NCBI GenBank assembly: GCA_050613775.1 | Contig: JBODTK010000014.1 | Span: 1,116,001 to 1,180,000 of the forward strand | From: Neocallimastix sp. 'constans' | Lineage: Eukaryota | Reading direction: 5' to 3' | DNA: 64,000 nt | Shown: piece by piece, positions 28,626-38,554 of the stretch | Position numbering within the stretch: the first letter of the stretch is position 1 | How the letters are laid out: each line of letters opens with the position of its first letter | Translations under genes and position numbers: made by a program | The notes under the pieces: generated by a model | Databases searched by the model: none | What the model was told of the DNA's origin: nothing | Seen by the model: the letters and a program-made list of their open reading frames with translations, nothing else

Positions 28626-28932
28626 TATTAAGAATTTATGTTATTAATTTTTAGAATGTGTGATCACTTTATTAATTATATATAATTATTATTATATTTT
28701 TGTTAAAGGTTATTTTAATTTTAATTATATGATTATAATCATTTACATTTCTTAAAAATTTAACTATATTTGTTTATACATGTAAAACTCTGATGTATAT
28801 CAGGCATGCGCATCATACATCTACATAACATACATATTTAATTTATAATTAAATATAAATAAATATACTAATCTAAGTTAAATATACCAAATTATTATTG
28901 ATTATTTAAGATATTAAACTTTATTTCTAACA
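28626..28932 (-). repeat. 3' LTR of Copia E (TG...TA termini)
   Basis: Element sense TGTTAGAAAT...TTCTTAATA; direct repeat of 34743-35020. Confidence 0.93.
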
Positions 28933-28938
28933 TTCCCC

Positions 28939-31900
28939 CTAAAGTTTAAGATCCTTAAAGCTAGTGAGAATGTTTTCTCTGAATTTATTCATCAAAGTAG
29001 TATTTAAATACTTTGTAAATCCGTCTGATAAATTATATTCGGATTTAACATATTTCAAATTTATATATTTTCCTTTTATCAACTCCCTTATGCTATGATA
29101 TCTCAAATCGATATGCTTAGACTTTGGATTAATTGTTTCATTTTCGCAGTTATAAATAGCGGCTTTATTGTCTGTATTTATTGTTATACTGTTATTATTC
29201 AATCCAAGTTCCTTAAAAATGTTTCTGAACCAAAGACAATGTCTTGCACACTCATGTATACCATAATATTCGCTTTCTGAGGTAGAAACGGAAACACAAT
29301 GTTGGAGTTTAGAATATCAACTTGTTGGAGCTGAATTTATTAACATCAAGAATCCTGTAGTAGATCTTCTAGTATCTTTATCTCCACCTAAATCTGCATC
29401 TACGTAGACTTTAAACTCGAGTTTATTATTATATGTAAATTTAATTCCATAATCAGGCTTACCTTTTAGATATCTAAAAATTTTTATTACATTATACCAA
29501 TCTTCATAGGTGGGATCTTTGGATTTTCTTGAAGCTCTACTTACTGAGAATAGGATGTCAGGTCTCGTACTTATAGCTAAGTACAATAAGGATCCAATTG
29601 CTTGTTTGTATTTTGTTGGATTAAATTTCTTTGATTTTAATATATTATTTTCGATTGGAATCATGTTTGAAGTAGGTTTAAATTTGTTTATTTCAAATTT
29701 ATTTAATATATCTTCTAAATATTTCTTTTGGTGTATAAAATAACCATCTTTGCATTTAACAAATTTTATACCTATAATATAATCAACTTCACCTACATCA
29801 GTTGCTTCAAAATTTTCTTTTATTAAAGATTTTGTTTTATTTACTTCTTCTGAAGTACCAGCTACAATTATATCATCTACATAAACTGCTGATAAACACT
29901 TAATATTATTATTTTCATCTTTCTTGATATATACACAAGGATCACTCAAGAATCTTTTAAAATTTAATTTTAACAATACCTTATTTAATGTTTCGTTCCA
30001 CATTCTGCCAGATTGTTTAAGGCCGTATAATGCTTTGTTCAATTTACAATACCCTTTTTGATTCATTCCTTCTGGCATACTCATATATATATCCTCTTCT
30101 AATCTAGCGTTCAAATATGCAGCTTTGATATCCATTTGATGAATATCAAATATTGTTTTAAGTGTATCCTGTTTAAGTGTTGGCGAAAATGTATTTTTGT
30201 AATCTATTCCGTAAACTTGTGTATAACCTTTAGCAACTAATCTTGCTTTATACTTCACAATTTTACCGTTAGCATCTCTTTTATGTTTTAGTACCCACCT
30301 TGTTGACACAACATTAGCGTTCTTAGGTACTTTATCCACAATTGTAAAAACATTCATCCTTTTCATATTACCTAACTCTTCATCAACAGCTTTTAACCAC
30401 TTATCTTTATCTTTCATATTAAAGATATCAATATAACTACGTGGTTCAATAAAATCATTTTCATATGTTGATAAGAGTGCAACTGTATCTAGAATATCTT
30501 TTATTTTAAAAGAGCGTTTTAAAGGATGACTAGTAATATTATATTCATCACGATAATGATATTTGCGTTTACATCTAGTTTTATTGTTTTTATTTTTATT
30601 TTTATTTAGATGTTGTATATTAACGTCTTTATACTTATTTCTATTATTAATATTATCTACTCTTTCAATTTGGTTTATTTCATTAGTATTATTAATATCA
30701 TTAACGATTTTATTATTTTCATTAGTCTTATAATTTTTCATTTGTTCCTTTGATTTTTGAGAAAGTTCTTTCAATTTATTTAATAAAAAATGAGTATCTT
30801 TTATTTTATCTGATTTCCTCTCTTTAATTTTATTGATATTATCAATTTTATCATTATCATTTTTATCATTATTACTTTTATTTAAGGTAACACTTTTATT
30901 TAAATTATTATTTATTCGTTTGTTTATATAATTTTTTTGTCCATAAGTTACGTTATTTTGATAATTATTACTAGCAAATTCTTTATTATTATAACTATAC
31001 TCATTTCTTAGAGAATGCTTTTCATTTAAATTATTATTATTAAATTTACCTTTATTTAATTCTTCAATTAATTCATTAAAGAATTCACTATTATTTTCTT
31101 TATTATATTTATTTTGTTCGTTTAAATTATTTTTATCATTTATATTTTCTTTGTTTACATCATTTTCTTTGTTTACATTATTTTTATTTTCTTCAATTAA
31201 ATTTTGATTTAAATTATTATTTATAGAATTGACATTTTTATTACTTACATTTAAATTATTAACGTCGTTGGTTTCTATATTTGTGAAATTGTCATTTGAA
31301 TTATAATTATTTAGATTAAAATACTCATTGTTTACATTATTTGATAAATTTGAATTATTTAAATTATTTTTATTTCCTTCGATAATTAAATTATTTTTAT
31401 TTATGTAATTATTGTGAGTTTCCAAATCCTGTATATTTTTATAATTAAAATCCTGATTATTTATTCCCGTTACGTCTTCATTGGTTTTCATATTGTTTAT
31501 CTTATTTCCATTACTTTCTGTGACTTTACTTCCTAAATTCTGATTTAAATTATTATTTAAATTTAAATCATTTAAATTATTAATTTTAATTAAATTGTTA
31601 GTACTATAATTTTCTTTATTCCCATTATGAAAATTTATATTATTTTCTTTTTGGAAATAAATATTATTATTATTATTTTCATTTATTTCAGTAAGGTTGT
31701 TTTTATTATTATTTTTTAAATTTAATGATGAATCATTAAATTCATGATTTGAATGTAAATTATTAAATCGGTAATTTAAGTTGTAATTTGAAAAATTTTT
31801 ATTATTATTTTCGAAATTACTGTTATATCGTATAAGACCAATAGAATTATTTTGTGATAAATTATTTATATTATTAAAATTATTTTGATTTAAATTATTT

Positions 31901-33359
31901 AAATTATTATATGGGACATTCATTTGATTTAAATTATTTATATTATTATATGGAACATTCATTTGATTTAAATTATTATTTAAATTAATTTGATTTTCAT
32001 TATTAAATAAATTATTATTGTTATTATTAATATTATAAACTTCATGATATTCATTATTATTGTTATCATTTATATCGTCTTCAATTTCTTCAGATTCATA
32101 AAATGGAGTAAAGTTAAAGATATCTGGAGAGGACAGAGGAGGACCTATTTTGCAGGTTCATCTTCAAGAAATGCGACTGTTCGTGAAAGAATTATTTTAT
32201 TATTATTAATATCATATATTCTATATGCTGTATGATTAATTTCGTCATAACCTAAGAATACACCTGGTAGAGTTGTATTACAAAACTTCTTTCTGAATTG
32301 TTTAGGAACATAAAAGTACACTCGACAACCGAAAACTTTAAGTCTATTATAATCTACCTTTTCGTTATACAATAATTCATATGGAATTTTATTATTATTA
32401 CTTTTATGTGGTAATCGATTATGAATATAATTAGCCGTTGCAACTGCATCCTGCCAAAATTTATGACTTAATTTAGCATCAGCTAACATTGCATCTCCAT
32501 TAGATATCAATGTTCTGTGCAATCTTTCTACTCTACCGTTTTGTTGGGGGTTATGTGGTACTGTGTGTTCATGAATTATTCCAGTTTTATTGTAAAACTC
32601 ATTTAAATTATTATTGAAAAATTCTGTCCCATTATCTGTTTTTATGTATTTAATATTATAATTTTTAAATATATTTTTAATTTGATTATACCAAATAATA
32701 AAAGCATTATATACATCGCTTTTATTTTTAACAAATAATACCCAACTATACCGTGTAAAATCATCGAGTATAGTTACAAAATATCTATTGTTATAAAATG
32801 AAAAATCAGGAGCCTTAACCAAATCCATGTGTAAAAGTTCAAAAGGTTCCTTTGTATGATTGATTGATGGGTAATATGGTAAATTTGTAAGTTTTGATTT
32901 TAAACAAATTTTGGCGTAAAATTAATTTTCTTTAATTTATTTTTAATTAGGTCAATATTAGAATGACCAAATCTTCTATGCCATAGATTCAAACTTGAGT
33001 CATTCGTGGCATCTTCAATATTATAACAAGTAACGTTATTGAAACTTGTAGATACATTACTTTTTGTTGTAAATATTTTGTAGACTTTAGATTCATTTGA
33101 ATAACTTGTATATATTCTTTTTCCTTTATTATTATACAATAGAGCACACCTTTTATTATTGTATTTATTTTTATAGAAAACTATTTTATAATTGTCATCA
33201 CTTAGATGATCAATTGATAAAAGACTTCTTTTAAAAGATGGAAAATATAGGACATCGTTTAATATTATTTTGTGGTTATTAATTAATCCTATATATTTAC
33301 CTATTAATTTTGATTCAACGACATCACCATTAGCAAAATGAATATTAATATGGTGATCA
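28939..33359 (-). pseudogene. pol: Copia E pol (protease C-half, IN, long Asn-rich linker, RT, RNase H)
   Basis: INIHFANG; LWHRRFGH; MDLVK; KTDNGTEF; QNGRVER; YKARLVAKGY; YVDD; KHIDLRYH; a few frame breaks. Confidence 0.93.
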
Positions 33360-33394
33360 CACATTCTAAAAATTAATAACATAAATTCTTAATA

Positions 33395-33408
33395 GATTAA
33401 GAGTCTCA
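33395..33408 (+). promoter_or_regulatory. Primer-binding site complementary to the tRNA-Lys(CUU) anticodon arm (inside the inverted segment)
   Basis: GATTAAGAGTCTCA directly follows the LTR end TTCTTAATA. Confidence 0.8.
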
Positions 33409-33566
33409 ATCAGCTCAATAATCTTACCATAATAACTAAACGATTATTAATAAAACATTAAAAAACATTTTTACCGAAATTTAAAAATTAAATTAATTTT
33501 GAAATTTCAAATTTAGAAAATTAAAATTTAAAATTTAAATTACATTCAACATAAAAATTAAAAAAA

Positions 33567-34592
33567 ATGGAAGACAATTCAATTAACGTAGTTAATACTA
33601 CTGCTACCAAAAGAGAACTCACACCGAGCTACTATCCATTGTGGGCCTCAGAAATGGATCTCATGTTAACATCTAAAGGTTTAGATGATCATATATACGA
33701 AGAGAATGTAAAGATGATCACCGAAAATTCGCCTGACTATAAGAAGGGCCATTGTAAGAAAGTCAGAGGTTCAACTAAATATTACTATGCCGAAGACGTC
33801 ACTGATGAAATGATTAAAAACGATAACAAAACAAAATTTTTAATCAGTACCAATCTTGACGATAAAACCAAAAGTACAATAGATTTTAAGAATAAAACCG
33901 CTTACGAAGTTTGGAACCACTTACAAGGACTCTTTGTAAAGAACAACGAAGAAATAAAATTAGAAAGAGTCAAAAAGTTGAATACTTTAAAATACAATAT
34001 AAATGATGATTTTGGAATATTTCTTTCTAAATTATTAAATACAATTGACAAGTTAGAAGAACTAGGTGAGTCAATAAGTGACGAAAGAAAATTTAATTAT
34101 TTATATAATGCACTACCCAGCGACATTGTTCAATTAACCAATGTGATATCATACCAAGATGACTGGAAGAAATGTTGTGAGCAATTAAAAAAGACTATTC
34201 CAAGATTAAAGTATTTACGAAGTTTAAAAAGTGATCAAGAAAAAATTAAGGTGTACAATTCAGAAATAAACAATCAACAAAATAACAAGAGGAAGGTTAT
34301 ATGTTTCAAATGTGGCAAAGCAGGCCATATAGCACGTGACTGTAGAGTCAAAACCCTCAGAAGAAGACAAAATAGCTACAAAAGATACAATAACTACAAA
34401 AGAAAATATGAAAATAAAGACCAAAGAAAGAAAAAAGAAAAGTATCATGCTGATAATGTTAAGGTAAACCTGGATAAAGAAGAAAGAGAAAACTATAATG
34501 AGATTTTTGATAATGCGTTATCCATCGATTATAATGATGATAATATAAATCAATCGAATAGCGCAATTTCTGATAATAAGAAATTTCGTTGA
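33567..34592 (+). CDS. gag: Copia E Gag (intact ORF, 341 aa), inverted relative to its pol
   Basis: LTPSYYPLW..TAYEVWNHL; Zn knuckle CFKCGKAGHIARDC; the protease (WTLDSGASYHMT) follows in the +1 frame. Confidence 0.88.
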   Translation: MEDNSINVVNTTATKRELTPSYYPLWASEMDLMLTSKGLDDHIYEENVKMITENSPDYKKGHCKKVRGSTKYYYAEDVTDEMIKNDNKTKFLISTNLDDKTKSTIDFKNKTAYEVWNHLQGLFVKNNEEIKLERVKKLNTLKYNINDDFGIFLSKLLNTIDKLEELGESISDERKFNYLYNALPSDIVQLTNVISYQDDWKKCCEQLKKTIPRLKYLRSLKSDQEKIKVYNSEINNQQNNKRKVICFKCGKAGHIARDCRVKTLRRRQNSYKRYNNYKRKYENKDQRKKKEKYHADNVKVNLDKEERENYNEIFDNALSIDYNDDNINQSNSAISDNKKFR

Positions 34593-34742
34593 ATGGCGTA
34601 AGCCAGAAGGGCAAAATTTAAGTTATTATACTGCCCAAAACCAAAAACCCAATATTAATAACAGTAACATCACAATATGGACTTTAGACTCTGGGGCGTC
34701 ATATCACATGACCCATGTCAGAGAAAATTTAGTAGATACACA

Positions 34743-35020
34743 TGATCACTTTATTAATTATATATAATTATTATTATATTTTTTGTTAAAGGTTACTTTA
34801 ATTTTAATTATATGATTATAATCATTTACATTTCTTAAAAATTTAATTTAACTATATTTGTTTATACATGTAAAACTCTGATGTATATCAGGCATGCGCC
34901 TCATACATCTACATAACATACATATTTAATTTATAATTAAATAGAAATAAATATACTAATCTAAGTTAAATATACCAAATTATTATTGATTATTTAAGAT
35001 ATTAAACTTTATTTCTAACA
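34743..35020 (-). repeat. 5' LTR of Copia E (major part)
   Basis: Matches 28661-28932 with a few substitutions and small indels. Confidence 0.93.
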
Positions 35021-35544
35021 ACACTTAATACAACACTTAAATTATTTTTAATTTAACTTTATTTAATATAAACTATTATTAATATAAGCTAAAGTATTGT
35101 ACTACTTTGTTCTTTTTATACAATTAAAATAGTTATTTGATTGGATTAGATTTAATAAAAATTTAATAAAAATTTAATTATAAAAATATAATAATAAAAA
35201 TATAATAAATTATTAAAATATTATTAAAGTATTACAATATTATTAAAGTATTACAATATTAAATGAAAATAATAATTAATACATTTATCAAATTTATTAT
35301 AACTAAATTTTATAATTATTTTAATGTTTTAATATTTTTTATTTAATTTAATTGATATTAATAATCTTTAATAATTAATAATTAATTATAATTTTAATTA
35401 TTTATTTGTTCCGTAATATTATTTTGTAATAATTTAATTATAAAATTAGACATAATTAAATTTTTAATCATTAATATTAGCTCTAAACGCTAATATAAAA
35501 GGTTAGAAAAGAATCATACTTTCCTATGTTTCAGATCTAATTTT

Positions 35545-35990
35545 TTGAGTTTATTATAGCAAATATAATAAACAAAACACAAAATATTGAAAAAGAGAGT
35601 TGTATTATTTTTTTACGAAAATCATTTTATCAAAAAAATATATTTATTAATATAAAAATTATTAAAAGTATTTATTATTATTATTTATTATATTTATTAT
35701 ATTTGTTATATTTATTTTATCTGTTATATTTATTATATTCGGTATAATAATAACTCTTGATTTCTCAAAGAGAACTCAAGAGCCTTATTTATACTTTTTT
35801 CAAAAATAATGTTAAATATATAATGTGTTTTCTAATCTTAACAAATCTCTTATTTAGGAAAAGATTAGATAGAAAAACCTAGATAAGTTTCCAACTTATA
35901 TTCTATCAATATCGATCATCGCATTAATTAAGTTAAACCAATTACTTTCAAGTAATTGGAAAAAACCTTAAATTTACGAATATTTTCACC
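35545..35990 (-). repeat. Fragment of the Gypsy C-type LTR
   Basis: Inverted homolog of 13500-13920 (TATAATAATAACTCTTGATTTC.., TCTAATCTTAACAAA..). Confidence 0.7.
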
Positions 35991-36620
35991 ATCTTAAAAT
36001 ATTTATTATCTATAATAATTATTTTCTTTTTCAAATATTCTTTAATAGCAATATTATTATTAAATTCTTCCACGTTAGTATTATTATTATAATCATTAGT
36101 TGTAACAAAAGTTATTTCATTTTCATTAAAATTATTTTCAATAGAATCTTTATTTAAGATATAATATTTTCCAAATTATTATTATCTTTAATTTTGTTTA
36201 AATTAATAATATTTTTTTATTATAGTTATAATTAATTTTAGAATTACATGTATTAAAATTATTATTGTAAGAATTTTCAGAAATATTATTTAAAGAATTT
36301 TTATCATAATTATTTTCATAAAAATTTTTAGAAAAATTTTTAATACAATTTTTATTAATATTATTATAATTAATTTTTCAGAAAAATTTTTAATATTATT
36401 TTGATTATAGTTACAAAATTCTTTTGAAAATTTTTTAATATCATTATTACTATTATTATAATTATTCAAATTTTCTAAATAAAAATTTTTGTCATTATTA
36501 TTATTAAAATTTTCATAGTATTAACATTGGAGTTATAAAATTTTAAAAATATAATTATTATTATTATTATTATCTAATTTATTTAAGGAATTAATTATAT
36601 CATTATCTAAATTATTTTTA

Positions 36621-37205
36621 TTAAATTTTCTCTTGAAATAACATCCAATTTCTTGCGCCGTCTCTCAAACGAGATTTGATAAAGTTTATTTTTACTTCTT
36701 CTGGTAATCCTAAGCTGGGATAAGATGAGAAAGTATCTTCACATAATTGACAGAATAAATCTGTGTCATTAGTGTTATCCGAAAAGAATCCAGGTTCAGG
36801 TACTTGTTGTAAATTATTAGAATAACTATTTTTCATGATAACATCATTGTCTTCATAGAAACGTCTGGTAGAAATAGATGCGTTATCATCTTGATTTTGT
36901 AGTACAGTTTGGCTAGAAGAGAGTTCATCATTAGTACCAATTTTTATATCTAATTTTTCATTAAATATTTTAGTTAAATTAGAAAGTTGATTAATAATAT
37001 TTTTATTATCTCTGTAAAATGTATAAAGTTTTTTCTGTAAGTCCCGGTTATATTTATTAAAATCTTCTTTTAATAAAAAACTATCATTAACAGATGAAGC
37101 CAAATCCGATATTGTAACTTGGGCGTCAGACCTTAATTTATTAACTTCTGACATTGGGGCAATGTCAGGTACTGGACTAGCCCAGACGTTCGTATAATAA
37201 GACAT
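36621..37205 (-). pseudogene. gag: Gypsy (Tf/sushi-like) gag, truncated
   Basis: VPEPGFFSD..FCQLCEDTF..KINFIKSRLRDGARNW is typical of retrotransposon gag; it starts just after an LTR and PBS. Confidence 0.75.
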
Positions 37206-37239
37206 ATCAAGGTAGCAACAAAAACTAAGGTAAGGTTAT

Positions 37240-37939
37240 TGTTAAGATTTTGATATATTTTATATTTTAAATTTAAATAAAATAATATGTTTAATTAAAA
37301 TTTTACTAAGTCAATATGTCTATATAGATATATAATAATAATAAATATTTAAATGGTTTAGTTTAATAAGAATTTATTTATAATAAACTTTAATAATTAA
37401 AATTATTTGATTATTTTTTATTTATAATAATTTCTCTTTATTTAATAATTAAATATCTATAAACCATTACTATTAAGGTAATTTTACAATAACCTTACAA
37501 AGAACATAAAAGATAGAATTTTACATCTTTCTTTTATACTTTGTAAGTTCCATAATAATAATATTTAATTATAAGATATTAATAATATAGTAATATAAAT
37601 ATTAATAAAATATAAAGATAAATTTAATTATATAATTAATTTGAAAATCGAAATTAATATAGATATGTCGTAAACATATATAAAAACATAATATAAATAA
37701 AATAAACGTGACGTCAAATGTAGAATTGAAATTAATTATTAATATAAATCTTATTTATTAATATTTTCAGAATTATTAGGCCTAAGAAAACCCTTTAAAT
37801 ATTAAACAAGAATTTATATTAATTATTAATTATTTAAATATATATATTATTTATACTTAAATAAATAATATTTTTAATTATTGAAATGTAAATAACGGAA
37901 ATTGAGATTAAAATTCAGAATTCAGTTATAATTTCAACA
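37240..37939 (-). repeat. 5' LTR of the 36621-37205 element, with a self-priming PBS at 37230-37239
   Basis: TGTTGAAAT...CTTAACA (element sense); homolog of solo LTR 25385-26085; no TSD, as expected for a 5' LTR. Confidence 0.88.
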
Positions 37940-37984
37940 AATAAGAGTATTTAAAAGGAAATACATAGTATTTAGTGACACCCC

Positions 37985-38554
37985 TTATCAACAAAATCTG
38001 TAAAAGATACATGATAACATTAAACTTATCCAATAATAATTCTCTGGTTACGTAATGTATCTATAAACAGTTAGCAATTACAGCTAATCAAATAAAATCT
38101 TTATTTTAATTTCGTACATTAAATTTATTATTTTATAAGTTTATTATATTAATAGTTATTTAGTTATAAATAGTTTTATTAATTGATTAGTAAATTGGGT
38201 TAAATTAAATTATTTTACCAATTATTAAATTATTTGTATATATAAAATAACTGTACTTGTAATTGTAACGCACTAGCGTTACTATTAATGTAAATTGTTA
38301 TAAATAAATATTAATATATTAATAAATAAAAATTAATTATTAAATAAATAAAAATATCTTAGTGTAAGCCCAGTAACTAATAACAAATAGAGTTATAAAG
38401 TGCTGCGCTATATTCTTAAGTGTTTAAAGTAAATAATTATAGTTAATTTTAGTGTTTATTTTAACAACTCGAATAGAGAGGTGTTAAATTATCTTAGTCT
38501 TTAAAATAGTTATTATTCGTTATATTAGTTAATAATAAACTTACCTTTTACAAA
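37985..38554 (+). repeat. LTR fragment homologous to the reverse complement of 46575-47150
   Basis: Shared TGTAAGCCCAG, CGAATAGAGAGGTGTT..ATTATCTTAGTCTTTAAA and AAACTTACCTTT; homology stops where the 38555 LTR begins. Confidence 0.75.

Larger units (their letters stand above)
28626..35020 (-). mobile_element. Full-length Ty1/Copia retrotransposon E with an internal 1.4-kb inversion
   Basis: TSD ACACT at 28621-28625 and 35021-35025. 3' LTR 28626-28932. 5' LTR split into 34743-35020 plus inverted 33353-33394. PPT at 28933-28940. Confidence 0.95.
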
